DNA from: an uncultured delta proteobacterium
Lineage (GTDB): Bacteria > Myxococcota_A > Polyangia > Polyangiales > Polyangiaceae
NCBI GenBank assembly: GCA_963716725.1
Contig: CAVQUB010000002.1
Span: forward strand, 288,001 to 352,000
Direction of reading: 5' to 3'
DNA: 64,000 bases
The notes under the pieces were generated by a model. It did not search any database, was not told where the DNA came from, and was given only the letters and a program-made list of their open reading frames with translations. A program made the position numbers and the translations under genes. This document shows, piece by piece, positions 1 to 13,995 of the stretch. How positions within the stretch are numbered: position 1 is the stretch's first letter; each line of letters opens with the position of its first letter.

Positions 1-417
1 ACGCCCCTCGAGGAGTTCCGACAGCAGAACCGCGGCGGCAAGGGCATCATCTTGATCGACGCCAGCGACCGCAACGGTCCCGTGGTGGGCATCGCGCTGG
101 TGATGGAAGCCGACGAGGTCATGCTGATCACCGATCGCGGCCAGACCATCCGGACGCGGGTCTCGGAGATCCGCGAGACCGGCCGCAACGCTCAGGGCGT
201 CAAGGTGATGAGCGTCGAAGAGGGCGAACGCGTCGTCGCCCTCGAGGCCATGAGCGAGAGCTCGTCGGGTCTCGACGACGAGAGCCTCTTGCCGCCGGAC
301 GGCGAGACGGCTGGCGACTTGCCCCCGGCCGAGACGGCCGGCGGTGAAGACCCGGAGCCGCCCGCGGGCGATTCGACGCCAGACGGGGACGAGGACGGCG
401 AGCCGAGCGACGGCTGA
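1..417 (+). CDS. gyrA: DNA gyrase subunit A, C-terminal part (5' truncated by window)
   Basis: Frame open from base 1: TPLEEFRQQNRGGKGIILI...ITDRGQTIRTRVSEIRETGRNAQGVKVM, GyrA beta-pinwheel blades followed by an acidic tail. Confidence 0.92.
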   Translation, partial: TPLEEFRQQNRGGKGIILIDASDRNGPVVGIALVMEADEVMLITDRGQTIRTRVSEIRETGRNAQGVKVMSVEEGERVVALEAMSESSSGLDDESLLPPDGETAGDLPPAETAGGEDPEPPAGDSTPDGDEDGEPSDG

Positions 418-446
418 ACGGGCGCGCTGGAAAGGTTTTGGTCGCG

Positions 447-1199
447 ATGTCGCCAGCGCCGCGCACGCGAAAGAAGGCTCCTCGCACGGATCGCTCGAAG
501 TCAGGTGCCGCCAAAGGGGTGGTGCCCGCGTTCGATCTGCTCTGTCGCCAGCATCCCGACGCGCACTGCGAGCTCGAACACGCCGATCCCTTCCAACTCG
601 TGGTGGCCACGGTGCTCTCGGCCCAAGCCACCGACGTCGGCGTCAACAAGGTCACGCCCGAGCTGTTCCGGCGCTGGCCCAACCCGGCGGCGCTGGCCGG
701 CGCCAAACCCGCCGAGGTCGAGCAGGTGATCGGCAGCCTGGGCTTCTTCCGTCAGAAGACCAAGAGCATCACCGGCCTCGCGCAGCGCTTGATGGCCGAT
801 CACGGCGGCCAAGTGCCACGCACGCTGACCGAGCTGACCCAGTTGCCCGGTGTCGGACGAAAAACGGCCAACGTCGTGCTCGGCGTGGCCTTCGGCGCGC
901 CCGAGGGGGTGGTGGTCGACACCCACGTGCTCCGGCTCTCGCAGCGCCTGGGCTGGAGCAAGCACGACACGCCCGAGAAGGTCGAGCTCGACTTGATGCA
1001 GCTCTTGCCGCGTGAGCACTGGGACCGCGTCTCGCACACGCTGATCTTCCACGGTCGGCGTGTCTGCTCGGCGCGCAAGCCAGCGTGCGCGGCCTGCAGC
1101 GTCAGCGAGCTGTGCCCGAGCGCGTTCGCGGCCGAAGCGGTCGGTCGCAAACCGCCACGGGTGCGCGCCGACACCGGAAAGAAGCAGACCAAGAAATGA
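447..1199 (+). CDS. nth: Endonuclease III (HhH-GPD DNA glycosylase)
   Basis: LVVATVLSAQATD, LPGVGRKTANVV, VDTHV and the C-x6-C-x2-C-x5-C 4Fe-4S motif. Confidence 0.95.
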   Translation: MSPAPRTRKKAPRTDRSKSGAAKGVVPAFDLLCRQHPDAHCELEHADPFQLVVATVLSAQATDVGVNKVTPELFRRWPNPAALAGAKPAEVEQVIGSLGFFRQKTKSITGLAQRLMADHGGQVPRTLTELTQLPGVGRKTANVVLGVAFGAPEGVVVDTHVLRLSQRLGWSKHDTPEKVELDLMQLLPREHWDRVSHTLIFHGRRVCSARKPACAACSVSELCPSAFAAEAVGRKPPRVRADTGKKQTKK

Positions 1200-2435
1200 C
1201 GACCGTCGCCCGCATCGAGCTGTTCCACGTCGCGGTCCCGCTGCCGGCCACCTTTCGGCCCAGCTGGATCCCCGGATTCCCGCAGAATGAGAACCGGTTC
1301 ACGCTGGTCAGGATCACGACCGACGACGGCATCGAGGGATACAGCGCCGGGCCCAGCATGGGCCACGAACGCTCGGGGCTGGGCGAGTTGGTCGGCCCGT
1401 ACCTGATCGGCGCCGACGCCACCGACATCGATCTGGTGCAACAGCGCCTGCGAGAGATGAGCTACCTCGGGTGGCGCAACTGGTGGATCGAGCCCGCGTT
1501 CTGGGACATCTTGGGCAAGCTCGCGCACAAGCCCGTGTACGAGCTGCTGGGCGGCAAGTCTCGCGAGGTGTCGCTCTACGCTTCGACGGGCGAGGTGAAG
1601 GAACCCGGCGCGCGCATCGCCGAGGCCGAGGCTCGCCTGGCCGAGGGATTCTCCGCCATCAAGCTGCGCGTCCACGACTTCGATCCTGCCGTGGACGAGC
1701 GGCAGGTGGTCGAGACCGCCAAGGCCATGGGCGGCCGCATGAAGATCGGCGTGGACGTGAACCAGGCTTGGCGCGTGACGGCCATCGGCCCGGCGCCGCT
1801 CTGGGATCTCGCGCGCGCCAAGCGCTTCGCCGACGTCTGCGCTGATTCGGGCTTGGCGTGGGTCGAGGAGCCTCTGCCGATGGACGCCTACGACGACCTC
1901 TCCGAGCTCACGCGCGTACAGCCGCGTCCCCATCAGCGGCGCGGAGCTCCACACCCAAGGGCTGCCTGAGCTGCGCATGATGATCGAGCGACGCTGCTAC
2001 TCGATCTTCCAACCCGACGCGATCTTCACCGGTGGCATCGCGCAGACGTTGGAGGTCGCGCGACTCGCCAAGCAGGCCGGCCTGATCTACACGCCGCACA
2101 CCTGGACCAACGGCATCGGCTTCGCGGTGAACCTTCAGCTCTATCTGGCGACGGACTCCCAGAAGGAACTCGAGTATCCGCTGAACCCTCCAGGGTGGGT
2201 GCCGGAGGCTCGGGACGGCCTGCTCGAGACGGCATTCCTACACCGTCGGGGCAAGCTCGAGCCCCCGACCTTGCCCGGGCTCGGCTTCCGGATCGATCCG
2301 CGCGCGCTCGCTCGGCACGGCAAGCGCTTCTTCGTGATGGACAAGAAACGCCTGGTCTGGTTCTCGCTCCGCAGCCGAGGGCTCAAGGCGTCCCTCGAGA
2401 TCGACAAGGCCCGCAAGGCGGCGGCGCGCAGCTGA
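1196..2435 (+). CDS. Mandelate racemase/muconate lactonizing enzyme (enolase superfamily); one frameshift near 1913
   Basis: ATGA overlap with nth; WDILGK, KLR, DVNQ, EEP in the first frame; continues YSRVPISGAELH...FQPDA...PGLG in a shifted frame. Confidence 0.85.
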
Positions 2436-2499
2436 CCGAGCACCGGCCCTCGGTGCCGCACCGGGTGCCGCTCTGCCACCAAGAGCTGAAAGGCCTCAC

Positions 2500-3054
2500 C
2501 TAGTCTCCCAGCAGCTTGCGCACCTTGTCGAGCAGCTCCTTCACCTTGAACGGCTTGACGATGTAACCGCGGGCGCCCACCTGGATGCCGTGCACGATGT
2601 CGGCCGGGGAGTCTCGAGCCGTGATGAACAAGATCGGAATGCGCCGGGCGCGGGGCACGAGCTTCAAGCGCTGCGCCACGCCAAAGCCGTCGAATCCCGG
2701 CATCATCACGTCGAGCAGCACCAGCTGCGGTGGGGGCTCCGCGGTCGCCTGCGCAAACGCTTGCGGACCGTCTTTCGCCCAGCTCACCTCGTAGTCGGGC
2801 TCCAACATCCGGACCAGCAACTTCGCGATGGCGGCATCGTCGTCGGCAACCACGATTCGCTTCCGCGGCGGCGGCGGCGGCGGTTTCTTGCTGACCGGCG
2901 ACCCCGGGGCCTTCGAGAGCCTCCTCGACGGACGCTTCGACGAGGTCGCCTTCGACGGGGTCGCCTTCGACGCCGAAGGCCTGGCCGGAGCTTTGGACGG
3001 CGTGCTCCTCGGGCGCAGCGACTTGCGACCCGGCGGCGCCTTCGAAGCTGGCAT
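2500..3054 (-). CDS. Single-domain response regulator with N-terminal Ser/Lys/Pro-rich disordered extension
   Basis: IVVADDD, LLDVMMPGFDG, FITA, KPF receiver motifs. Confidence 0.9.
   Translation of the reverse strand: MPASKAPPGRKSLRPRSTPSKAPARPSASKATPSKATSSKRPSRRLSKAPGSPVSKKPPPPPPRKRIVVADDDAAIAKLLVRMLEPDYEVSWAKDGPQAFAQATAEPPPQLVLLDVMMPGFDGFGVAQRLKLVPRARRIPILFITARDSPADIVHGIQVGARGYIVKPFKVKELLDKVRKLLGD
2935..2979. repeat. Three imperfect 15-nt tandem repeats encoding xxSK-type pentapeptides
   Basis: cttcgacgaggtcgc / cttcgacggggtcgc / cttcgacgccgaagg. Confidence 0.6.
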
Positions 3055-3154
3055 CGTCCCCTTGTACGTTTCGAAAGTGAGGGTCGCAAGCGTCCTGTCG
3101 GACGGTCGCCCCTCGACGCTTCCCTTCGCCGGCGCGCCTCGCTAAAACGCCGAG

Positions 3155-4402
3155 GTGTTCCTCGGTTATTCGTGCCGCCGCTGCAACGCCGAGCTTGGTC
3201 CCGACGAGGCGACCTACCGCTGCCCCCGCTGCTCCGGCAACCTCGACGTTCGCTGCGACATCGCCCAGACCGACCGCGACCGCATCGCCCAGAGCCGCGA
3301 CCCTTCCCTTTGGCGATACGCGCCCCTCTTGCCGGTGCCCGTGGCGGCCGACGACGCCGGGCCGCTTCGAGGCGTCGGTGGCACACCGCTCTATTGCGCG
3401 CCGCGGCTCGCGCAAGAGTTCGGACTCGGCCGCGTCTGGCTCAAGGACGAAGGTCGCATGCCCACCGGCTCGCTCAAAGATCGCGCGAGCGCGGTGGTGG
3501 TGCAGCGAGCAAGAGCCCTCGGCCTGAGTCCGATCATCACGGCGTCCACCGGGAACGCCGGAGTGGCGCTGGCCGCCATGGCGCCCTGTGCGGGCATCGC
3601 TGCGGTTATTTTGGTTCCCGCGAGCGCGCCGCCCGCCAAGTTGGCGCAGCTCCAGGTGTTCGGCGCGCAGCTGGTGCTAGTGCGCGGCAGCTACGACGAC
3701 GCCTTCGATCTGAGTGAAGCCGCGGCTCGCGAGTTCGGCTGGTACTGCCGCAACACGGCCCAGAACCCCTTCACCACCGAGGGCAAGAAGACAGTCTCCT
3801 TCGAGATCGCCGAACAGCTCGGCTGGCGCGCGCCCGATCGGGTGTTCGTCTCCGTCGGCGATGGCAACATCTTGGTCGGCGTGCACAAAGGCTTTAGCGA
3901 GCTGTTGGCCCTGGGCTTCATCGACCGCATGCCCAAGATCATGGGAGTGCAGGCCGAGGGCTCTTCGCCCATCGCCCGCGCCTTCCTCGCAGGCAGTGAT
4001 CGCATCGAGCCCTGCCAGACGAACACGCTGGCCGACAGCATCGCGGCTGGACGCCCGGCGGACGGCGAGCGCGCGTTGGCAGCGGTGCGCGAAACAGGCG
4101 GCGCGTTCGTCATCGTCAGCGATGACCAGATCTTGGAGGCGATCCCGAAGTTGGGGCGCGCCGCGCAAGTCTTCGCGGAGCCCGCGGCCGCAGCAGCTTA
4201 CGCGGGCCTCGAGGCCCTCGCCCGAGCCGGCGAGCTCGCCTCCGACGAAGAGGTCGTCGTGCTCGTCACCGGCACCGGCCTGAAAGACGTCGGCGCGGCG
4301 ATGCGTGCCGTTCCGGGCGCCCCACCCAGCATCGAGCCCTCGCTTTCGGCCCTCCGGGACGTACTATCCGTGGTTCCGCCCACCCAAGAAAGACAGCCAT
4401 GA
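3155..4402 (+). CDS. thrC: Threonine synthase-like fold-type II PLP enzyme
   Basis: N-terminal CxxC...CxxC, PTGSLKDR, ASTGNAG, EGKKT, EPAAA; first gene of a coupled operon. Confidence 0.8.
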   Translation: MFLGYSCRRCNAELGPDEATYRCPRCSGNLDVRCDIAQTDRDRIAQSRDPSLWRYAPLLPVPVAADDAGPLRGVGGTPLYCAPRLAQEFGLGRVWLKDEGRMPTGSLKDRASAVVVQRARALGLSPIITASTGNAGVALAAMAPCAGIAAVILVPASAPPAKLAQLQVFGAQLVLVRGSYDDAFDLSEAAAREFGWYCRNTAQNPFTTEGKKTVSFEIAEQLGWRAPDRVFVSVGDGNILVGVHKGFSELLALGFIDRMPKIMGVQAEGSSPIARAFLAGSDRIEPCQTNTLADSIAAGRPADGERALAAVRETGGAFVIVSDDQILEAIPKLGRAAQVFAEPAAAAAYAGLEALARAGELASDEEVVVLVTGTGLKDVGAAMRAVPGAPPSIEPSLSALRDVLSVVPPTQERQP

Positions 4403-5858
4403 TCGACCTGACCGTGAACGAAGCCGGCCTCGCCAAGGCCGTGCAGCGCGCAAAAGAGAAGAACGTCGTCATCCCGACGCTGGCGCAGATGGTCGATCCC
4501 AAGCAGATCCCCGCGAAGGTCGTGGCGAACCTGAGAGACATCGGCCTCTGGGACCTGAACCCGGCCAACCTGTTCCGGATCGGCTGGCACAACGATCCGG
4601 TGGAGAAGGGTGGCGGCTTCGGCCGCGTGAACTACGTCGAGCTGCCCAGCGCCCTCACGGGGGTCGAAGCACGCATCATCGCGCTGGTCGGCAAGTGGTT
4701 CCCCACTGGCGCCCACAAGGTCGGTGCCGCCTTCGGCTGCCTCGCGCCGCGCCTCGTGACCGGCCAGTTCGATCCGACCTCGCAGAAGGCCGTCTGGCCC
4801 TCCACCGGCAACTACTGCCGCGGCGGTGCCTACGACTCCGCGCTGCTCGGCTGCGAGTCCATCGCGATCTTGCCCGAGGGCATGAGCAAGGAGCGCTTCG
4901 AGTGGCTCTCGAAGGTGGCCGGCGAGGTGATCAAGACTCCTGGCACCGAGAGCAACGTGAAGGAGATCTTCGACAAGTGCTGGGAGCTCCGCCGCTCCGG
5001 CCAATCGCTGATGATCTTCAACCAGTTCGAGGAGCTGGGGAACTACCTCTGGCACCACGAGGTCACCGGCCGCGCCATGGCCGAGGTGCTCGAGCACGAG
5101 CTCGGACCCAAGGGCCGCTTTGCCGGGCTCGCCGTCACCACCGGCTCCGCCGGCACCATCGCGGCCGGCGATTTCCTCAAGAAGCAGTTCTCCGGCAGCA
5201 AGATCGCCGCCAGCGAAGCCGCCCAGTGCCCGACGCTCTTGGCCAACGGCTTCGGCGAACACCGCATCGAGGGCATCGGCGACAAACACGTGCCCTGGAT
5301 CCACAACGTCAAGAACACCGATCTGGTGATTGCCGTCGACGACGAGGCGAGCGTCTCTGCCATTCGACTGTTCAACGAGCCCGCGGGCAAGAAGCACCTG
5401 GCCGGTCGTGGACTCGAACCGGCGTTGATCGAGAAGCTTTCGCTGCTGGGGATCTCCGGTGCGGCCAACCTGATCTCCGCCATCAAGATGGCCAAGTGGT
5501 ACGAGCTCGGGCGCGAGAGCGTGGTGATGACCGTGCTCACTGATTCCGTGGAAATGTACCGCAGTCGCCTCGCCGAGCTGAACGCGGAGCGCGGAGCGTT
5601 CACCGAGGTGGACGCGGCGGTCGCCCACGAACGCCACATCTTGGGCGCCGGCACCGACCTGATGGAGGAGCTGAGCTACCCCGCGCGCAAGCGCGTTCAC
5701 AACTTGAAGTACTACACCTGGGTCGAACAACAGGGCAAGACGCACGCCGAAATCCAGGAGCAGTGGCACGACGACGAGTACTGGACGGGGATCCCCGAGG
5801 TCGCGCCCAAGCTCGACGAGCTGATCGTCGAGTTCAACGCGCGCACGGGGCTCGGCTG

Positions 5859-5859
<1 letters not shown>
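4399..5859 (+). CDS. Fold-type II PLP-dependent enzyme (cysteine-synthase-like, purine-catabolism-associated)
   Basis: PTGAHKVGA (PLP Lys), WPSTGNYCRGG, TGSAGT, HRIEGIGDKH; ATGA overlap with upstream gene. Confidence 0.8.
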
Positions 5860-8485
<2,626 letters not shown>

Positions 8486-8495
<10 letters not shown>

Positions 8496-9715
8496 GCGGC
8501 CCCCGTCCCTTGTTCCTGGATGCAGGCGACAGCTCCGCCCTGATCACCGGCGGAGTGGTGGCGGCCTTCGGCCCGCACGCCCGCGCGAGTGACGACGCAA
8601 GAGTGATCGACTGCCGCGGCATGTCGGTCCGTCCTGGCGCCGTCAACGCGCACACGCACTTGTACAGCGGCCTCGCTCCGCTGGGCATGCCCGCGCCGGA
8701 GCCGCCGCCAGAGAGCTTCGTGCAAATCTTGGAACGCGTCTGGTGGCGACTCGATCGGGCGCTCGACGCCGCGTCGCTCCGCGCCGCCGCCGAGCTCTAC
8801 ATCGCCGAGGCGCTGCTCGCAGGCACCACGACGCTGATCGATCACCACGAGTCGCCGAGCTTCATTTCAGGCTCTCTCGAACTGCTCGCTGATGCCGCCC
8901 AGACTCTGGGCTGTCGCCTGGCCACGGGCTACGGCGCGACCGATCGCAACCGGGGCCCCGACGAAGGACGCCGAGGTCTCGACGAGTGCCAGCGCTTCGC
9001 TCGGGAAAACACCCGCCCGCTGGTCCGACCGCTAGCCGCGCTGCACGCCTCGTTCACCGTGAGCGACGACACGGTGATGCACGCCGGGAAGCTCGGCTTG
9101 CCGATGCACGTGCACGTGGCCGAAGATGCCGCCGACGTCGCCGACGCCAAGCAGCGCGGCTATGCCGGTCCGCTCCAGCGCCTGATGGCCCTGGGAGCCT
9201 TGCCCCCGGGTTCGATCCTCGCACACGGCGTGCACCTCAGCGAAGACGAGGTGCGGAGCGCCGATGGTGCCGGGCTCTGGTTGGTGCAAAGCCCGCGCTC
9301 CAACGCCGGCAATCGGGTCGGCTTCGCTCGCACCCTCGACGCTAGCTGCCACGTCGCCCTCGGCACCGACGGATACCCCGCAGACATGCGGGCCGAACGG
9401 GCGGCGCTCTTGACCGAGGCCCGAGGCGCGGGACACGTCATGGACGATGCGCTCGGCGCGGCACGCGCCCGCGGCGCCTACCCGCTGGCGTCCTCGCTCT
9501 TCGGTCTGAGGCTCGAGAGTGAAGTCGGCGCGGGGTGCGCGGCCGATCTGGTCGTCTGGCGTTCCCTCGACGACAACTCACCGCTCTACGTCGTGGTGGG
9601 AGGCGAGCTCGTCGTGGAAAGCGGGCGCCTTTGCCGCGGCGAGATCCAGCTCATTCGAAGCCGGGCCGCCGAGCAGGCGCCCTTGCTCTGGCAGCGCATG
9701 AAGGCCCTGCCATGA
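8486..9715 (+). CDS. ssnA: SsnA-like metal-dependent amidohydrolase
   Basis: NAHTHLYSGL, WWRLDRALD, DHHES, HASFT, HVHVAED, LGTDG. Confidence 0.75.
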
Positions 9716-10980
9716 GTCGACTCTCCGTCGATTTCGATCGCCTCTACGCCTCCCTCACCACGCTGGGCGAGATCGGCGCGTACCAGGACACACGCACGGG
9801 TCTCAGCGGCGTGAGTCGCCTTGCTCTCACGGCCGCCGACGGCGCCGGGCGACGCCACGTGGTCGAGCAGATGAACTCCCTTGGGCTCTCGGTGAGCGTT
9901 GACCGAATCGGGAATGTGTTTGCCCGGCGGGAAGGCCTCCGCCCCGAGCTTTCGCCGGTGATGATGGGGTCGCACATCGACTCGGTCGAGACGGCGGGAC
10001 GCTTTGACGGTTGTCTGGGAGTGCTCGGCGGCCTCGAGGTGATCGCGACCCTGAACGATCACGGCGTGCGAACCGCGCGCCCCGTGCTGGTCGCCTTCTT
10101 CACCGACGAGGAGGGCTCGCGCTTTGGCACGGACATGCTGGGCAGCGCCGTCGCGACCGGGCGGCTGTCGCTCGATGAGGCCTACGGTCTCCGGGACAAG
10201 CGAGGGCTCGTGCTGCGCGACGAGCTCGAGTCCATCGGGTTTCTCGGCGACGCATGCGAGCGGATGGCCCCGCCGCATGCCTATCTCGAGTGCCACATCG
10301 AGCAGGGCCCGGTGCTCGCGTCCCGCGCTGTCGAGCTGGGCGTCGTCACCGGGGTGCAGGCCATCAGCTGGCACGAGCTCACCATCGTTGGCAAGAGCGC
10401 CCACGCGGGCACTACGCCCATGGGCCTGCGCGCCGATCCGGCGGTGGCCGCGGCGCGCATCGCGCTCTTCATGCGCGAGATGGCCACTTCGGGTCGCTAC
10501 GGCGATGGCATGCGAACGACGATGGGCTCGATCATCCCGCGACCCGGGTTGGTCAACGTCGTGCCCGCCGAGGTGGTGTGCACGGTGGATCTTCGAAACC
10601 CGGATGACGCTCATATGCGGCGCGCCGAGACGGATCTCATCGGGTACTACGCCGAAGTCGAGAAACTCGAAGGGGTGAAACTGAGCTGGCGCCAGACCGC
10701 GCGCACCGACACCGTGACCTTCGCAGAGGGCGTGCAGGACCGCATCGAGGCCGCCGCCAAAGCCCGAGGCCTCTCGACGGCTCGAATCGTCTCGGGCGCC
10801 GGCCACGACGCCCAAGAGCTGTCGCGCATCGCGCCGGCCGGCATGATCTTCGTTCCCGGTGAGCACGATGGCATCAGCCACAACCCTCGCGAGCTCTCGA
10901 CCCGGGAGCAGTGTGGCAACGGCGTGAACGTGCTTCTGGACGTCCTCACCAGCTTCGCCAACGAGGAGACCCCAGCATGA
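9712..10980 (+). CDS. M20 Zn-dependent hydrolase (allantoate amidohydrolase / N-carbamoyl-amino-acid hydrolase family)
   Basis: [44 protein letters not shown]. Confidence 0.9.
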   Translation: MSRLSVDFDRLYASLTTLGEIGAYQDTRTGLSGVSRLALTAADGAGRRHVVEQMNSLGLSVSVDRIGNVFARREGLRPELSPVMMGSHIDSVETAGRFDGCLGVLGGLEVIATLNDHGVRTARPVLVAFFTDEEGSRFGTDMLGSAVATGRLSLDEAYGLRDKRGLVLRDELESIGFLGDACERMAPPHAYLECHIEQGPVLASRAVELGVVTGVQAISWHELTIVGKSAHAGTTPMGLRADPAVAAARIALFMREMATSGRYGDGMRTTMGSIIPRPGLVNVVPAEVVCTVDLRNPDDAHMRRAETDLIGYYAEVEKLEGVKLSWRQTARTDTVTFAEGVQDRIEAAAKARGLSTARIVSGAGHDAQELSRIAPAGMIFVPGEHDGISHNPRELSTREQCGNGVNVLLDVLTSFANEETPA

Positions 10981-11921
10981 CAGCTGCTCGCGTGGTTCGC
11001 GTCGCAGTGACTGAGACGCGGAATGCCTTTGCCGACATGCCCGCGAGTGTGGGCGAGCTCGAGCAGCTCGAGGGCCGACTGGAGCAGTTGCGCGCGGCAA
11101 ACGTGGAGCACCACGTCGATCTCATGCGCGCCGCCCGGGCCCAAGGCGTGCAAATCATCGGCTTCGGCGAGCTCTTCGCTGGCCCGTACTTCGCCCTCGG
11201 TAAGAACCCGCTCTGGTTTGCCCTGGCCGAAGATGCGCGGGTCGGTCCGACGGTGACGAGGCTGTCGGCGGCCGCCAAAGAGCTCGGACTGATCGTGGTC
11301 GCTCCCATCTACGAGCGGGACCCCTCCGGCCAGCGCTTCAACACGGCCGTGGTCATCGACGAACGCGGCGCGGTGCTCGGCAAGTACCGCAAGACCCATC
11401 TGCCCTGCGGCGAGAACGAGCAAGGCGCCTTCGACGAGCCCTTCTACTACGACAAGAGCGACGGTCGGAACGGCGCGGGCGAAGCCGTCGTCTCCGAGAA
11501 CCCGTTTTTTCCCGTCTTCCAAACTTCCCTCGGCCGCATCGGCGTCGCCATCTGCTACGACCGCCACTTCGACTGCGTGATGCCCTCGCTGGCTCGCGAG
11601 GGCGCCGAGTTGGTGTTCGCTCCCGCCGTCACCTTCGGACAGAAGAGCCAGCGCATGTGGCACCTCGAGTTCCAAGTCGATGCCGCACGGCACAACCTCT
11701 TCATTGCGGGGTCGAATCGGCGCGGCAGTGAGCCGCCCTGGGACCAACCGTACTTCGGCGAGAGCCACATCGCGGGGCCGAACGGCGTGCTGCCGAACCT
11801 GAGCTCGCACAAAGACCTGATCGTCGCCGACGTCGCCCTCGACGAGCTGTCGAGACCCGACCCCTCGGGTTGGGATCTGCCGCGAGACGTGCGCTACGAC
11901 ATCTACTCGAAGCGCGGGTGA
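10977..11921 (+). CDS. Nitrilase-superfamily amidase (beta-ureidopropionase / N-carbamoyl hydrolase-like)
   Basis: E-K-C triad: GELF, YRKTHLP, ICYDRHF. Confidence 0.88.
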   Translation: MTAARVVRVAVTETRNAFADMPASVGELEQLEGRLEQLRAANVEHHVDLMRAARAQGVQIIGFGELFAGPYFALGKNPLWFALAEDARVGPTVTRLSAAAKELGLIVVAPIYERDPSGQRFNTAVVIDERGAVLGKYRKTHLPCGENEQGAFDEPFYYDKSDGRNGAGEAVVSENPFFPVFQTSLGRIGVAICYDRHFDCVMPSLAREGAELVFAPAVTFGQKSQRMWHLEFQVDAARHNLFIAGSNRRGSEPPWDQPYFGESHIAGPNGVLPNLSSHKDLIVADVALDELSRPDPSGWDLPRDVRYDIYSKRG

Positions 11922-11941
11922 GGGTCGAACAGCGGCGGCCC

Positions 11942-13975
11942 TCAAACGCTGACGTAGCTCACGCCGCTCTGCTCGAGCACGCTCCGACCGAGCAGCGCCA
12001 TGAGCCGTAAGTAGGTGAGGTCCACCTCGCCGCTGGCAGTGCCCCTGAGCCCGTCTGCCGGTGTGGCCTCGGCACAGGCGAGGTCGAAGCCCTCGCCCCG
12101 GTAGCGCGCGAGACCGTCCTCGAAGGTCGCGCTGAAGTCCTGGCCTCGAAAGCGAGCGAGCACCGCGAAGCCCGCTTCGGTCTTCTCGACGAAGAATCCG
12201 TCACGGCTGCGGTGCAGCTCGAACTGCTCGCGGCTGCCGAAGAAGCGCGGCTTGAGCAGGTAGGGCCCGCCGTCTTCCGGGCAAAAGACGTCGCAGTTGC
12301 CGCACTCGTTGCAGAAGTCCGCAAAGTTCGCCAGCTGGTGCTTCTTCTCGACGCTGAGCTGACCCTCGCAGCGGATCTGGAACAATCCGGAGGCGTCGCG
12401 CACCGCCTTTTCGATGGGGATCACCTGGCGCGGCAGCTCAAAGGTGAAGTTCGCGTCGTTGGGGCAGACCGGAACGCACTTGTCGCAGGTCAGGCAGTCG
12501 AAAAAGACCAGCAGCGAGCCGACCTTCTTGGGAGACTTGTTGTTGGCGGCGCGCGTGTAGCGAGCGTCGACCAAGAGCTGCTCGAGGTAGTCGCGCGTAT
12601 TTTCCAGCTTCGCTTCCGAGACCCAGCGCGCCCAGAGTTCGGAGCCGGCGGCCGCTCGGAGATCTCCGCCGTCGGCCAAGGCTCGACGGCATGCGGCGTT
12701 CTCGCCGCCGCCGGCTCGCGAAAGGGTCAGCTCGGCGTTGCCCCGACCACGAACCACGAGGTCTTCGATGGTCCTGGCCTGCACGGCGTCCATGCGGACT
12801 CCAAGCTCACGGAAGTACCCGTCGAGCCGGGCGTAGCCCCCAGTGCGCAGCAGATCGGTGCAGACCGTCACGGGTACGAGTCCGAGGCAGACCGCGTCGG
12901 GGAAGTTCTTGGCGTCGATGCCCGCAGAGAAGGAGATCGGGAAGCGGTCGCCGAAAGTGTCCCGGAAGCGCCCCACCAAGCTCATCGCCAGTACGTGGAG
13001 CGGCTGACCGGACAGGTACATCACCTTCTCGGAGGGAGGGAAGAAACTCCGCTCGTTCTGGACGATCAGCGTGTTGCTGAACTTCACGCCGAAACCGCGC
13101 CCCAGCTTGTCGGCCTTGTCGCCCAGGCGGCCCACGAGCGCGACGGCCTGCTCCCAGCTCGCGTCTTTCTCGAAGGCTTCGTCGGGCGCGTGATCCGCGT
13201 AGCCCAGCACCTCGTTCAGCAACCGCCGAACCTCGGACTTGCCGAGCAGCGTCGGGTTGAGCTTCACGATGCAGTGCAGCCCGACCTCTTCCAGCAAGAA
13301 CGCCGTGATGCGCTCGATCTCGCCGGGTGGGCAGCCGTGAAAAGTCGAGAGCGTGAGCGTGTCGGAGAGCCGAGTGCGAAACTCGAGATCGCGGTATTGC
13401 GACAGTTCGGACGGTATCTGACGGCGCAGACGCTCCACGACCTCCTTCGCGTCCATCATGCCTCCGAGGAAGGCCCGCACGCGCTCGCTCTGAATGCCAG
13501 CGAGGTCGTAGCCGACGCTCATGTCGAAGATCACGCGGTCGAAGCCCGGGTCGAGATCGAGCTTGCCGCTGGCGATCAGGATCTCGACCAGCATCGAGGC
13601 CTTCACGTACTCCTCCAGCGACTGCTCGAGCGTCAGCTCCTGAGACCACTCGACGTTGTAGCCGATGGTCTCGGCGTCGATGCAGGGGCGGGGGATCTGC
13701 AGGCGATCCATGATTTGGACGGTCTTCAGCTCGAAGATCCTGCCGCCGCCCAGGAACGAGAGCACGATGTTCTGCGCCAGCTGAGAGTGGGGGCCGGCGG
13801 CGGGCCCGAGCGGCGACGAGGCGGTGTGGCCGTGGAAATTCACGGACAAGTCCTTGCCCGGCAGGCCGCGCACCATCTTCTTCTGGGGCAGATGGAAGAT
13901 GGACTGTTCGGTCTCGATCTGGCTCAGCGCCCGCGTCAGGAGACGTGCGAAGGGATACGGAACGAGCTCGGCCAC
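11942..13975 (-). CDS. ygfK: YgfK-like oxidoreductase (dihydropyrimidine-dehydrogenase-like domain plus 4Fe-4S ferredoxin domains), short form
   Basis: GPAAGPHSQLAQN, RPCID, NVEWSQEL, STFHGCPP, KLNPTLLG, CLTCDKCVPVCP, CNECGNCDVFCP. Confidence 0.78.
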   Translation of the reverse strand: MAELVPYPFARLLTRALSQIETEQSIFHLPQKKMVRGLPGKDLSVNFHGHTASSPLGPAAGPHSQLAQNIVLSFLGGGRIFELKTVQIMDRLQIPRPCIDAETIGYNVEWSQELTLEQSLEEYVKASMLVEILIASGKLDLDPGFDRVIFDMSVGYDLAGIQSERVRAFLGGMMDAKEVVERLRRQIPSELSQYRDLEFRTRLSDTLTLSTFHGCPPGEIERITAFLLEEVGLHCIVKLNPTLLGKSEVRRLLNEVLGYADHAPDEAFEKDASWEQAVALVGRLGDKADKLGRGFGVKFSNTLIVQNERSFFPPSEKVMYLSGQPLHVLAMSLVGRFRDTFGDRFPISFSAGIDAKNFPDAVCLGLVPVTVCTDLLRTGGYARLDGYFRELGVRMDAVQARTIEDLVVRGRGNAELTLSRAGGGENAACRRALADGGDLRAAAGSELWARWVSEAKLENTRDYLEQLLVDARYTRAANNKSPKKVGSLLVFFDCLTCDKCVPVCPNDANFTFELPRQVIPIEKAVRDASGLFQIRCEGQLSVEKKHQLANFADFCNECGNCDVFCPEDGGPYLLKPRFFGSREQFELHRSRDGFFVEKTEAGFAVLARFRGQDFSATFEDGLARYRGEGFDLACAEATPADGLRGTASGEVDLTYLRLMALLGRSVLEQSGVSYVSV

Positions 13976-13995
13976 GGTGGCCGGATGATAGCCTG

